Source of the DNA: Narcine bancroftii | Taxonomy: Eukaryota | Reading direction: 5' to 3' | NCBI RefSeq assembly: GCF_036971445.1 | Contig: NC_091474.1 | Span: forward strand, 225,804,001-225,868,000 | Length of the DNA: 64,000 bases | Shown here: positions 26,881 through 40,857 of the stretch, in pieces | Numbering within the stretch: position 1 is the first letter of the stretch | Layout: every line of letters begins with the position of its first letter | Made by a program: the position numbers and the translations under genes | Notes under the pieces: model-generated | Database searches by the model: none | What the model saw: the letters and a program-made list of their open reading frames with translations, nothing else | What the model was told of the DNA's origin: nothing

Positions 26881-27029
26881 ACCGGTGTTCTAAGGACAAA
26901 CTGTGTTGACTGTTTGGATCGTACAAATACTGCTCAGTTTATGGTGGGAAAGTGTGCTTTGGCATGCCAGCTATATGCTCTGGGTGTGATAGATAAACCA
27001 AGATTACAATTTGACACTGATGCTGTTCG
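26881..27029 (+). CDS. FIG4: FIG4 catalytic exon (about exon 14) with CX5R(T) P-loop
   Basis: tctctttcag acceptor and GTAAGC donor; 149 bp; [49 protein letters not shown](R); [12 protein letters not shown] is the SAC phosphatase signature. Confidence 0.97.
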
Positions 27030-27444
27030 GTAAGCAATAATAAAGCTTTTATAGATTACAGTTAATTTGCTTAATTTGTTGAATTTCTTTTGCTTCTATT
27101 CTCCACCACTGAAACTTCATAATAATTAAGTGGAGTTTTTAAACACTATCCACAGCCCAACACTCCAACCTTGTTTGCTCGTGCTGACTAGCACCGCCTC
27201 AGTTTCCCTCTACTTTTTACACCTCATGCTAGGTAATCAGGAAACTGGATGAGAAAAAAAAATGTAATTTCAGCTCTTTAAAAATAGGTTTGGATATGTA
27301 AGCATGGTCTTCAAATATTACCAAAGTGAAGTAGTATGCCATCATACCTTGCACCCTGTTTAAACAGATGCAGATGTGAAGAACATGACTTGTCAGCCAA
27401 CAGGAGGCATATCAGTCATTTCAACCTATTAGTTTTGAAAGGCC

Positions 27445-30400
27445 TGTAGTGCGTAGTGAGCAAGTGCAGCAAAGAGACTGAGAAAACAGGCTGTGAGCTC
27501 CGAGTATCACAGATGGTTTATTTTGAATTCCCCCCCCCCCCCCTTAATGTACCAGCGCTTGCATTCTGATGACACAAGTGCGTACGCGTCCTTCAGATCT
27601 GGACCAGAAGAGAAGTTCCCGCAATGCCATCCTTGCTGCGGCTGCCCCACCGACTGTATGTGACAAGAGGGGCTGGTTCGCTGTTGAAAACATGTGCATC
27701 TCCTCACAATCCCACCACCACCACCACCAAAGAAAGGGCACCTATGGTCTCGGGATGTGTTGAGGGTGAGGTGTGCTGTTTTCGGCAGCCGACCTCTGCG
27801 CGTTGGTGGGGGAACTTGTACTGGCTGGGATAAGTCCAAATGAGCCAGTTTTAATCAGGTTAGCGTGAATAACTCTTCCATGCCCCCAATGTCAAGGGTG
27901 AACATTGAAGCATTCCTATGTATCACCCTGTCTGGACCCTCATACGGTTGCTGAAAGGGAGACCTGTATGCACCTCTGCGCATGAACACATACTCACAAG
28001 AGGACAAGTCCACGGGGTAGTTGCAGGGAGGTTGGCCATGTCGTGATGGCGGGGATGGTGCAATGGAGCCCAGTTTGTCATGCAGCCTTTCAAGAGTGAC
28101 GGTGGTGTCATCGTCTTGCTTGGTTGCTGGAGGGAGGAATTATCCCATAATTGTGATGGTCTCTCCATAAACTAGTTCGGCAGAGCAGGCCCTGAGGTCA
28201 TCCTTGGGCACAATGCGAATCCCCATGAGAACCTAGGGCAGTTCGTCCACCCAGTTGGACTTCCTGAGGTATGCCATCAGCACCAATTTGAGATGACGAT
28301 GGAAGCGCTCAACTAGCCCTTTGGCTTGGAGGTGGTAAGCTATGGTGCGATGCAGCTGGGTGTCCAGGAGTCTGGAGAGTTCTGTCCTCAGGGCGGAAGT
28401 GAATTGTGTCCCCCAGTCAGTTATAACGTCTGCCAGAACCCAGAAGCGGGAGACCCAGGTGGTGGGGAAAGTTCTGGCACATGTCTCTGTGGAGACGTCC
28501 TGAATGGGAATGGCTTCTGACCAGTAAGTGAACCTGTCCACCACCATGAGTAGGTAGCGCGACCCCCCGGGAGTCTGGCAGGGGTCCAACTATGTCAAGA
28601 TGGACGTGTTGGAACCTGTGGGTCAGAGCGTCGAATTGCTGGAGTTGGTGTTTGATGTACTGCTGGACCTTGACCGTCTGGCAGTCCATGCAGGTTTTTG
28701 CCCACTCCATGACCTGTTTTCGCAGGCCATGCCAAACAAATTTTCTGGACACCAGTCACACTGGTATGCGGATTGAGGGGTGCAACAAACCATGGATCAT
28801 GTCAAAGACTGTTCTCTATTAGGTGGGGAATGAGAGGTTGGGGTTGGCCAGTGGAAACGTTGCAGAAGAGGGTAGTGCCTTCGGCATCAAGTGTGAAGTC
28901 TTGGAGCAGCAGCCCTGTGATTCCAGTCCTGAAGCTGAGTGTCTCGGGGTCATTCTGTGCACCTGAGCTAGATCATGATTGTTGATGCTTTGCAACATAG
29001 CATTGACTGTCAGCCTGGAAAGTCCGTCTGCGACCACATTGTGCTTTCCTGGAAGATGTTGGATAGTGAATTCAGAGATGTAGGATAAGTACCTCTGTTG
29101 TTGGGCAGACCACAGGTCGGAGGACTTTGGGAAGGCAAAAGTAAGCGGCTTGTGATCAGTGTAGACAGTGAATGGATGCCCTTCGAGGAAGTAGCAGAAG
29201 TGGCAGATAGCCAGGTAGAGGGCAAGTAGTTCCTGGTCAAATTCAGTTCGGGCAGCCACGGGTATCGACTGAAAAATCCGAGGGGTCTCATGAGTCATCA
29301 ACGAACTGTTGCAGGACAGCGCCCACTGCTGTGTTGGATGTGTTGACTGTGAGGGCCATTGGTACATGTATTCATGGGTGCACTAGCATTGTTGTGTGGG
29401 CCAGGGCCTCTGGTTTATTCGAAAGCGTTGTGACTCTCATCAATCCATTTGAGCTCCTTTGACAAGCCTGACATTAACATGAAGAGAGGGCGCTTAATCT
29501 TGGCCGCCGCAGGGATGATTCTGTTGTAGAAATTCACCATGCCCACGAACTTACTCAGGTCCTTCAATGTTGTCAGTCTGGCGAAATGTCATATGGCATC
29601 CACTTTGTCTGGTAAAGGGGTGGTGCCGGCAGTGGTAATTTTGTGGTTCAGAAAGTCTATTTCCATGAGGCCAAACTGGAACTTCTCCGGGTTAATGGTG
29701 AGGCCAAACTGGAACTTCTCCGGGTTAATGGTGAGGCCAAACTGTGTGAGGCAAGTAAAAAATTAGTGGAGATGTGTCATGTGCTCCACAGGCGAGTTGC
29801 TAGCTACCAGGATGTCGTCGAGATAGATGAAAAGAAAAGGCAAATCTCTGGCGACCGCATCCATGATGCGCTGGAATGTCTGCGTAAGAACTCGAGCAGG
29901 CTAATCGAGGTAATGATAGCCATCTTCTGGACGTCATTTGGGTGTATGGGGATCTGGTGCTATCCCTGGATTAGGTCGACCTTTGAGAAAAGATTTGCAC
30001 CATGGAGGTTCGCTGCAAAATTATGGATATGGGGAATTGGATAGCGGTCCGTCATTGTTGAGACATCTGCAATCTCCACAGGGTCTCCAACTGCCATTAG
30101 ACTTGGGCACCAAGTGGAGGGGTGAGGCCCACGGGCTATCGAAGCGACACACGATGCTGAGCTCCTCTATGCACCTGAACTCTTCCTTGGTGAGGCTGAG
30201 TTTGTCCAGGGCCAGTGGTGGCAATGTGGTGTTGGATGCCATATTTAAGCATGGCTGCCGCAAACTGGGGGCATAGGATGGAGGGAAATTTTGCAAAGAG
30301 ATGGCTGTACTGGCCGTGTTGAGTTTCCATGGAAGCAAGTTGGATGGAGGGCTCGTTGGACTTGCCAAGGGATACCATGTGGAAAGTCTCAGCGTGAATT

Positions 30401-31600
30401 AGTCATCTACCCTGGAGGTTGACAAGTAGGGGGTGTACCCGAAAGAAATCCGCGCCTAGCAGGGGCTTGACCACTGAAGCAAGCGTGAAGGACTATTAGA
30501 ATGTGGTGTCGCTGAAACGTACAGGAATTTGCTTTTTTCCGAAGGTTTTGATGGCAGTGTTATTGACAGCACGCAGGGAAGGGCCATGTGGTTGTGTGTG
30601 CGTCACGAGCACCATAGGGGTAATGACACTTATCTCTGCCCCGTGTCTACGGAGAATCTGCAGCCTGAGATGCTGTTCTGTGGTCTGTGTGTGGATGCCC
30701 CCCAACGTTGATGGTAGAAACACCATCTGTGGATCCTGCTCACGTGTTGGACTTGATTTAGGCATTGTCCTTGGTGATGGCCATGTGACACAGTTAACTG
30801 AGTATATGGCTTCATGCTTGGAACGATAGAGAACATCCGCTCATGCCACAACCTTGCATGATCGCTGAAGTCCACGTCAGCCATCAGGAATCTGATGTCT
30901 TCGGTCATCTGCTCGAGAAATGCCTGCTTGAACATGAGGCAGGGCTTGTGGCCTTCCACCTGTGTGAGCATCTCATCCATGAGGACAGAGGGGTCCTATC
31001 GCCTGGCCATCCAGGTGCAGGAGCCTGGCTGCTCTCTTTTGTCGTGAAAGGCTGTACGTGCCAATGCAGAGATTTTTCAAAGCCATATATTTAACATTCC
31101 TCTGGCACACTTGAATGAGGTCATTGACTCATGAGGCAGCTTCCTGGTCGAGCGAGCTAACAACGTAGAAGTATCTCGTTGAATCTGAGGTTATCTGTTT
31201 GATCTGGAACTGGGCCTCTGCTTGGCCAAACCAAGTACGGGGCCTGTTCGTTCAGAAAGTTGGCAGCCTCAACACAATGGCACCTACAGCTGCATTTTCC
31301 ATTGTTTTGAATCTTCAGGACATGGATACTCATTGGGGTCACCAAATTAATGTGTTGTGAGCAAGCACAGCAAAGAGACTGAGACAATAGGCTGTGAGCT
31401 CGAGTATCACAATTGGTTAATTTTGAATTCCGCGCTTCAACCTTTAAGCCCGTTCTCGGTCTCGGCACTTGTGTCCTGATGACGCAAGCGTGTACACGAT
31501 CTTCCCAACTGGACCGGAAGAGAAGTTCCCGCGACGCCATCCTTGCCATGACTGCCTTGCCGACCACACGTGACAAGTAGGGCCGGTTCTCCATTGCTAT
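27445..31600 (-). mobile_element. Near full-length decayed Gypsy provirus, antisense in the intron after the FIG4 catalytic exon
   Basis: LTRs ~27445-27708 and ~31347-31600; primer site TGGTGACCCC (minus, 31335-31344); G-rich tract 27711-27728; gag FKQAFLEQM; RT SPWASPLHLVPKSNGSWRPCGD; RNaseH YFLEGHPFTVYTDHKPL; integrase VDRFTYWSEAIP. Confidence 0.92.
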
Positions 31601-31840
31601 TTTGACTACGTTTCCTGGGTCTCAAAAATTTTGGTAAAAGGAGACAAAGAATGAATTTAATTATTTAACACTGCTTAATGAGCAGGAAGAACCAGGAGTA
31701 TTTCTATCTAGGTTCATGAACTATAATTTTTCCTTCCACAATGACCTTTCCCATCATCCACCCTGCACTAATCAATACATCTCCAACTTTCTATGATCCT
31801 GTTCCCATATTGTCAAGAAAACCTGAAATATGATACTTAA

Positions 31841-32143
<303 letters not shown>

Positions 32144-32725
32144 TAAGTTTCATGTTTCAATCATCAGGAAATATGTTTAGAATTTTTAAGTTGTTCTTAT
32201 ATACACATAGTAGCCCCCATACCAAACAGTTTCATTACTCGGCACTCGGTGTTTTAAAGTGTGTATTTTTTTTTCTTTTGAGCTCTTGAAAAACTTAAAT
32301 TTATGATTCTTGCAACCTTGACATAGCAATGTGTATCCATAAGCAGTGAAATACCATTAAAATTTAGTTACTCTTGCAATGTAGAGGCACAACAGTACAT
32401 TTTCCCCATAAATCGCATTCAGTTACTTTTTACTGATGTTAGTTTGAATATAAATATTGGTCTGGACTCTGGGAGAACACCTCTGCAGATATGTCATGGG
32501 ATCAGTTTTATCCAAAAGAGGGGAAATAATTTTTCTTCTCATTACTTTGCATTCTAATAGGGAAAGAGGCAGGACAAGTGACAGAAGTCTCAGAGGGGAA
32601 CACTTTTGATCCAGTGATCATAATGCCATTAGTTTCAAGATAATTGTTGAAGACAGCCACTCCCATCGGCTGCTCCGCACCTACTGCAATTGCGTTGCAT
32701 CTGCCATACTCACCACAGCGCCACT

Positions 32726-33985
32726 GTATATGTGTGAGTCCTCATGAGGCATGGCAATTAAAAAACAGAGCTTGGTTGATACCTGAAGCCATTACACAAA
32801 GGTCCTGTTGTTCATAGTGTTGTTTGAGTTTAACAGTAAACTGTTGATTTAATGTTGATAACAGTAAACACTTGTGTTGTCTGCTTATTCGGTGCAATAA
32901 CAAACTACGTGTCAGAAGTGGGATTGCATGCATCCCAAGCCTGAAGTCTTCAAGTGAAAAGTGAGTAACCAACGCCACACTTGCAACACAATGGTGGACT
33001 GATTCAGAAGGCCCAACCCGCTGCTTGAGGATAATGTGGCTAAGAATTTGGCACGTATTCAAATGAGAATACGACATTTTCATTGCAGCAGCGCATAGTG
33101 ATAAGTCTGCCTGAGTCAGAACATATATGTTACTAAATTTGGCAGGCCCCAAGGCCATTGAAAGGCAAAGGTCATTCATATACACAAATGAGGTGCATGA
33201 GGGGTTATCATTATCAGCCCAGCTAAGTCGAGAGAGGACCCCAAGTGTTCAAAAATAAAATTTTGAGAAATGTGCAATCCACAAAATAACAACAATGGAA
33301 AGGACAGATTTAATACCAGAAACCAGAGGCCTGGCGAGTCGATTCACTTGTATGACAGTGACCTAAAAATCAGGGCAAAAACTTGATTTCGGAGCGCTCT
33401 ATGAAGAGTTGATTAAAAACAGCATAATCTGCGATGAAGGCATGAAAAAGGCACTGCTACGTGACAGTGAACCTCCACGAGTCTGGCCTATGAAGCCATG
33501 GAGGAGAGTAGCAGAAAGCTGGCCCCTCCACAGCAGCAAGGCACAAGCATAGATGCAGTCCAGGCAGGACCTGTGAATAGGCAGTAGCCAAAAGCCAGAA
33601 GAAGACGAAGCCAACCAAGCTCTATTACACCATCACCTAGGATGGAGTGCAGTAACTGCAGTGGCAACCATCTGGCAAGACGAGAGATGTGCCCAGCATT
33701 CAGCTAACAGTGCAGAGCCTGCTGGAAATGGAACCATTTTAGCAGATGCTGCAGAGCCAGTCAGCAACTCACTCCGAGACCCAGATACAGAAGGATGATT
33801 AAAACATTTGGAACCTAAGCAAGGACAAACCAACTCGGACAACCAGTATTATGTTGATGGATAGACTCTGCAGATGGCAGTAGACCCAACAAGAATTTGA
33901 AAGGACAAGGAAGCATTTATAACAATGAAGATTAATGGTAAAGCAACAGACATGAATGTTGACACTAGGGCCTAATGCAAGTGTT
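32726..33985 (+). mobile_element. Old Gypsy relic (LTR, primer site, gag, start of protease)
   Basis: GTGTCAGAAGTGGGATT at ~32909 (tRNA-Leu-type primer site); gag-like FNTRNQRPGES; protease-like INGK...VDT at ~33935-33970. Confidence 0.6.
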
Positions 33986-34072
33986 TGCATGTGACCTACA
34001 CAAAAAACCTGCGCCAATTTATCTCCCAAAAACATATCGATATACAATACAAACACAACATAATCTGTCACA
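33983..34072 (-). mobile_element. LTR-A terminal fragment
   Basis: Matches the ...atttatctcccaaaaacat...ataatctgtcaca end of the other LTR-A copies. Confidence 0.7.
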
Positions 34073-34832
34073 GGACAAACCATAAAAAGGCATCCATAGT
34101 AAATGGTAGGGCACTGAGGACTGTGGTAGAACAAAGGGATCTGGGAATACAGATAGATAATTCCCTGATAGTGTCATCTCAGGTGGATAAGGTTGTAAAG
34201 GGAATTTTTGGCAAATTGGCCTTCAGAAATCAAAGTGTTTAGTATTGGAGTTGGGATGTTATGATAAAGTTGTATAAGATAATGATGAGGAAAAATTTAG
34301 AGTATTGTATGCAGTTTTGATCACCTAACTACAGGAAAAATATCAATAAGATGCAAAGAGTGCAGAGATTTACTTGGATGTTACCTGGATTTAAGCAACA
34401 GAGTTACAGGGAAAGGTTAAGCAGGTTATGATGTTATTCCCTGGAGTGTAGAAGAATGAGGGGAGATTTGATAGAGGTATTTAAAATTATTAGAGGGATA
34501 GAGTGAGTAAATGTAGGTTGACTATTCCCAATGAGGGTAGGTGAGATGCAAACTAGACGATGTGGGTTAAGGGTGAAAGGGGAAAAATTTAGAGGAAAAG
34601 TGAAGAGGAACCTCTTCACACAGAGGGTGGCAGGAGTGTGGAATGAACTGCCACCTGAGGTGGTGAATGTGGGCTCAATTTTAACATTTAAGAAGAATTT
34701 GGACAGTTACATAGATGGGAGTTGTATGGAGGGCTATGGAATAGGTATGTGTCAGTGGGACTAGGCAGAAAAATGGTTTGGCACAGACTAGAAGGGCCAA
34801 AGGGGCCTGTTTCTGTGCTGTCATGTTCTATG
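34073..34832 (+). mobile_element. CR1 LINE 3' fragment
   Basis: EQRDLGIQI, RNLFTQRVAGVWNELP, tail ending tgttctatg. Confidence 0.85.
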
Positions 34833-35182
34833 AATGGAAGCCATATACCTTTCTAGCACCAAAGCCTGATGAACTTCATAAATATTAAATTCTGTGCACA
34901 GTATAAGAATTATTTGCAACCAGTGAACTTGGAGGAATGAGAAGTGAGATTGGACTGTGTGTGAATCAAAGAACTTTTCTGAACTTACACACACATTACA
35001 TACACGTGTGCTTAGAATTAGAAGGGGGTTAAGTTCGGTGAGTTAAATTAATAATGACAAGTTAAAATGTGATTCTGCTTTCGTGTTTAAAGATAATTAA
35101 AATCAACTTTTGTTTAAGTAACCATTTGTCTTGGTGAATATCTATTGCTGCTGGGTTTTAGGGTCCTCTGGGCTCGTAATAC
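34833..35182 (+). mobile_element. LTR-A fragment in the opposite orientation
   Basis: Reverse complement of the first ~350 bp of 58138-59215, ending ggtcctctgggctcgtaataca. Confidence 0.75.
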
Positions 35183-35980
35183 AGGTGACACAAAGATTGG
35201 AGATGTAGTGGACAGTGAGGAAAGCTTTCCAAACTTCCAGAGGGATCTGCACTAGCTAGAAAAATTGACTTCAAAATAGCAGTTTGAATTTAATGCAGAG
35301 AAATATGAAATATGCACTTTGGAAGAACAAACCATGGTCAACTGAGGAGTGTGGTAGAACAGAGGGATCTAGGAATATAGATACATCATTCCATAAAAGT
35401 GGTGTCATAGGTTGTAAAGAGAGCTTTTGATACATTGGCCTACAAAAATCAAAGCATTGAGTATAGGAGTGAAGGGCCAAATTTTGTGTGCAGATTTGGT
35501 CACCTAACTACAGGAAGGATATCAATAAGATTGAAAGAGTGCAGAGGAGATTTACAAGGATGTTGTCAGGTGTTGAAGAACCGAGTTTTTGGAAAAAGGT
35601 TAAATAGGTTAGAACTTTATTCCCTGGAGCACAGAAGAATGAGGGGAGATTTGATGGAGGTATACAAAACTGTGAAAGGTACAGAGAGAGTAAATCCAAT
35701 TAGGCCTTTTTCCACTGAGGTTAAGAGAGACAAAAGCTAGAGAACATGGGCGAAAGGGGAAAAGTTTAAAGAGAACGTTAGTGGGTACTTATTCGTGCAG
35801 AGAGTGTTGTAAGTGTGGAACAAGCTGCCAGTTGAATTGGCAACTTCAGGCTCAATTTTGACTTTAAGAAAAATTTGAACTGGTACATGGATGGGGGGTG
35901 GGTGGATTGCATAGAGGGATATGGTCTGTTGGCAGGTCATGGGACTATGCAGAAAATTCTGTTCTGGAGTGTTCTATGAT
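35183..35980 (+). mobile_element. CR1 LINE 3' fragment
   Basis: DTKIG.VVDSEE and LELYSLEHRRMRGDLMEVYK peptides; tail tgttctatga. Confidence 0.8.
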
Positions 35981-36565
35981 TTATTTGTGCTTCCTTCTCC
36001 AGCATAAATAGTAGTACTCAGCCGTCATAATCCTGACCATTTCTTTGCCTGCTCCTTGTTTCACCTTTCATCGTATTTTAAGAAATATCATTAAAGTTTC
36101 TCTCCAGATTTCATTACAACAGATTTTGTGGTAATCCATCTCAGAATCGTGTTATCTCCTCTTGTATAATGTGTGTGGCCCAGCATGCTCAATATTTTTT
36201 CAAGGGACATGCTTTGCTTCCCAGCAATCAATCGAGTGAATCCATGCTGGATTGATTCTTAAGGTGTGTATTATCTTTCCCAGTACTCCAGATGTGGGCT
36301 CGTTAAAGCCCCCTCCAATTGCACAATCCTTTGTTATTTAATTTCTTGCAATAATATTTGACTTACCGCCATATTTACCTTCTGGTTTTCATCAATCAAC
36401 ACACTGATGTGCCTCTACACCAACATCTAGATTTTTATTATTTAAAAATAATGTTGTTTTTCTGTTCTTTTGACAAAGTGAATAATTTTATATTATACTC
36501 CTACTGCTGCCTCCTTGCCTTTGGTAGTGTATTCCATGTTTTAATGATGATTCCTTATGTTACAG

Positions 36566-36704
36566 ATGCTGATAGACAGGATGCCATAAATCTGTTTCTT
36601 GGAGTTTTCCAGCCCATTGAAGGAAAATCTCACCTTTGGGAACTTCCTACTGACTATTATTTGCATCATAAGAACACAGTAGCACTTTTGTCTCCCAAGA
36701 GGAG
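36566..36704 (+). CDS. FIG4: FIG4 coding exon (about exon 16)
   Basis: gttacag acceptor and GTAATG donor; 139 bp; (D)[45 protein letters not shown](S). Confidence 0.96.
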
Positions 36705-37329
36705 GTAATGACTTGTCGTTTCTATTTTGTTTGGAAGATGCAACAAAGTACCAAATCCTGTTTTTACTACTCTTGAGGTTGAATCCCATCATTTTTCACC
36801 AATGTCTCACAAACCTAACTTTAAATGTATAATATTTAAATATAAGGCAGCATCCTTCTATCCTGTCTTTGTTGAAAATTGGATAAATATTTTAGTTGTA
36901 TTATTTTAGGGCTTTGCTTTCAACTTCTACTATTTAAGAACAATACAGATGTTCAGCATTCTACAGGCTTTGGGGGGGGGGGGGGTGGGGGGAAACTCAA
37001 GCCACTCGAGACTGAGATGAAGAATTTCTTCTGAGGATTTTGAAACTTTTGAATTACATATCCCAGAGTATGTTATTATTAAATACATTTAGTGTTCTTT
37101 GAACTATTGAGGAATCAAGAAATTGAACAGAAAGTGAAGTTGAGATCAAAGGTCAGTTCAGTTGCGATCTATTTGAATGGTGGAGTTGTTTCCTGGGGTT
37201 GTATGGTCTACTCCTCTTTCTTCCTTTCTGATTATTTTTCAAATTTTGGACAAGAGGGATGGAGTTATTCCTATTGTCCCTGAGAAGGTGAGCCACCTCA
37301 TTGAGTTGCTACAACCCTACAGGTCAAGC

Positions 37330-37830
37330 AAAAAACTCAATGCTGGAGAAACTCAACAGGTCAAAAAGTGCACTTTATATAACAAAGATGAAGATACATA
37401 ATGAAGGTATGAGCGAAATGTAAGCAAGCACCCAAACAAAATGGTGAAGGGTGTGGAGCATAGTCCCACAGGCAGGAGTTAATAGGTGGATAAGGGAGGG
37501 AGGGCAAAGCAGCAAACAGAGGAAGAGGATTACTTTGTGAAAGGAAAGGGAAGGGGTTGGAGAGCTGGACAAAAGAAGACAGAATAGAAAGAGGGAGAAC
37601 AGGGAATAGGCTAGCAGAAACAGGAGGTCAACGTTAATACCATTCATTTGGAGAGTGTCCAGGTGGAATATTAGGTGTTGTTCCTCCAATTTACAGATGG
37701 CATTGGTTTGACCATGCATGTGGTTATGAACGGACATGTCAGCAAGGGAGTGGGGCACAGAATTGAAATGGTTGGTCACTGGGAGATCCATGTCATTGAT
37801 GTGGACAGGCCAAAGTGTTTTACTTCTATA
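37330..37830 (-). mobile_element. Penelope-like element 3' relic
   Basis: DLPVTNHFNSVPHSLADMSV...KLEEQHLIFHL.TLQ.NGINVD (GIY-YIG C-terminal region). Confidence 0.72.
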
Positions 37831-38849
37831 GGTCAAGCTACCAGCTACAAAATGTATGGCATTTATTTGTCTAGGCTAGTCTAGGAGCACCAGCCAAATG
37901 CATAATCTATACTACCCTGTAGAACAAAGAAAGCACCTCTGTCTTGGAATTTTATTGCCACTTGTTCTATATTACAAAATCTAAACATGAAGACTCCTGC
38001 CCTGATGCTCTATTATATCCTTACAATGGAATAAATAAATGTTTAGAGTGATGGATCAGTGCCAGTCAAGCAGGCTGGTTTATCTTGAATGGTGTGGAAT
38101 TTCTTGAGTGTTGTTCAAGCTGCACTCATCCATGTAAGTGGAGTATTCTTTTTTGTCTATTGTAAATTATGACTTTATGTTGTCAGGAAGTGAGTTACAA
38201 GCCACAAGATGCCCAGTCCCTGAGCTACTTTGGTTATAACAATGTTTATGTATGTGATCTTATTCATTTTCTGGTCATTGATGACCCAAAGTTTGTTTGG
38301 GCAGGGTACTTGGCAATAGATGAAAGGTTGAAATTCAAAGATAGGTGATTCGACTTTTTCCCTTCTTGGTGATGCACATTGCCGAAAACTTGAGTGGTGT
38401 GTTACATGTTGCTTATCGTCCTATGCCCAACGTGTCAGCTAAGTTTTGCTGTATGCCAGGCATGACTTGTTTCATTTTCTGATAATCTGTGAATAGAATT
38501 GAACATGCTCCATATCTTGTGACCTCTGATGTCATTGCAGTTATGTTCTGGCATCTGATTAACTACAGACACCTCTCTTTGTGCAAGGCATAACTCTAAA
38601 ATTAGAAGTACATGTGGACTTCAATTTAACAAGGGCTCCATTGATTTTAATATACACATTGATTGGACGAACCAAATGGCAAGGATATCACAAAAATAAG
38701 CATGTGACAGGTGCAAAAATTAAACAAAGAATTGCTGAAGGCACTCAGCAGGTCAGACATCATTCATAGATAGAAATGGTCAGTCATCATTTCAAGTCAA
38801 AGCCCTTCGTTTGCTTAAGATTTCTGGATCTTCAGCTTTTATGTTTCTC

Positions 38850-39440
38850 TTGGTTCAAAAAGTAGTTAAGAAGACAAAGGATATTTGGCCTTTATGCCAG
38901 GTATAAGTTTTAGAATACGGAGGTTCTGTTAATGTAGTGAATGGTGTTAGTAAGGCCACACCTCGAATACAGTGCACAGTTTTGACTCCCTTCACCAAAA
39001 AAGAAATAGTAATGTTGGAAGCAGTCCAAAAGAGATTCACCAGACTAATTCCTAAAATTAAAGTATTGTCCAATCCAGGTAGGCTAGACAGTTCGGATCG
39101 GTATTCCTTGCTGATTAGAAGAATGAAGGAGCTTGACAAGGTATATGTTCAGACATTCTCACTAGTGGGAATCTAGATCACAACCAAGTGAATAGGACTA
39201 CAATAGAAGAGGCCAGGCAATTAAAATTAAGGTGCATAGATGGTTTTTTTTTCTCTGAAGTTAGTGAATCTCAGGAATTCTCTGACTCTGATGCTAATGG
39301 AGGCCAGATCATTAGATCTATTTAAGATGGAAATGGATAATTGTTTGAACTGTTAAGGAATTGAGGGTTATGGTGAACTGGCACGGGAGAGGAGTCGAGA
39401 CCAGCAAAGATCATATTGAATGGTGGGTCAGGCTTGAGAT
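38850..39440 (+). mobile_element. Degenerate CR1 3' fragment
   Basis: LEAVQKRFTRLIP peptide and eroded tail. Confidence 0.65.
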
Positions 39441-40489
39441 GGTTTCTGTTGGTTGAAAACTAGCTACTCCGTGTAGAGATAAGAACGCTAGAAATTAGGA
39501 GCAGGATTAGGCCATTAGGCCTATTCATACTAAATGGACCATGTTTTAAAAAACTTTGATTTAGAGGTGAATCACCTTTAGCAGAATACCCATTTTCTGG
39601 CCAGTATTTGTTGGATTTTATTTTTATGGCTAGTTCAGTTACGTTTTGAGCTTTGGTGATTTCATTCTTCCCAACCCGCCCCCCATTTTCAGAAATCAAG
39701 GTTCCTTGTTATTTGTCCAAAGGTATTCTTGGATGTCAAAGAATTGTTTCGTTTTCTGCTGGTGTAGGCATGTCATGCTCTGCTGTGTGCGATTGCCGGA
39801 GAATGGTACTGACTATTTATCAGTCTAAACCTAAACTTTATTGCATTGGGTTTGATCTGATGATTTGTAAGTAAAAATGAATTCAAAACAACCACAACCA
39901 TCTTCTTTAGCACCAGTTATGAGTCTAACTATTGGATTTCTTCCGCCCCCACTCCACTTCCTCTGTGCCCATTGACAGGTTTTACCAGAGCTGCCTGAAG
40001 TCGAATTGGTTCATTGCTGTCATGATGCCACATTTCTCATATTTGGAGTTCACATCTTTGATCCATGTATGGTTCAAGGCTGTGTTCATGTTTTGAGCCA
40101 AATGGCTGTGGTAAAATCCAAACTAACCACCAGGGAGCATGTCATTAGAAAATTAGTGTCACTTGAAAACATTTTTGAAACATCTTCACTTTGATTAGAT
40201 TTAAGCCAAAGGAGAAGTAATAAGTCACATCCAATTTGTCGGCTTTTTGTGGACAGGATTTCCAGCCCCCTCAACCACCCCACTACCATTGAAAAGTACA
40301 TAATTGTGTTGAATTTTACTATAACTGTCTACAGGTTAGTTAGTTCTGAGACAGGAGTCCTTACTGCTACACCCAACATGTGGCATCATAACATTGGCCT
40401 TATCTGGTTTTCTGAGCTAATCCTTGATATCTTGTGGGGTGAATTGACATGGCTGAAAACTAACTCTCACTGCCATGGTATCTTTTTAA

Positions 40490-40857
40490 TTTTTTTAAAA
40501 ATTTAGACATACAGGACGGTAACAGGCTATTGCAGCCCAATTTACACCAAATTAACCTACACCCCTGGCACGTTTCGAACAGTGGGAGGAAGCTGGAGCC
40601 CCCAAGAAAAACCCACGCAGACACTGGGAGAACGTATAAACTCCTTACAGACAGGGTTGGGTTTGGAACTCCAGTCCCGTTCGCTGGTGCTGTAAAGACG
40701 TTGCATTAACCCAGTGGTTCTCAACCTTTTTCTTTCCACCCACATACCACCTTAAGCAATCCTTTACTAATCAGAGAGCATCAGGAATACTTAAAGTGGT
40801 ATGTAAGTGGAAAGAAAAAGGTTGAGAACCACTGCACTAACCACTGGGCCAACCATG
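40490..40857 (-). mobile_element. V/HE1-type SINE carrying a MITE insertion
   Basis: Colinear with the SINE at 4461-4722. Confidence 0.8.
40712..40834. mobile_element. hAT/Charlie-type MITE, 123 bp
   Basis: Terminal inverted repeats CAGTGGTTCTCAACCTTTTTCTTTCCAC ... GTGGAAAGAAAAAGGTTGAGAACCACTG; 8-bp TSD CATTAACC/CACTAACC. Confidence 0.9.
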
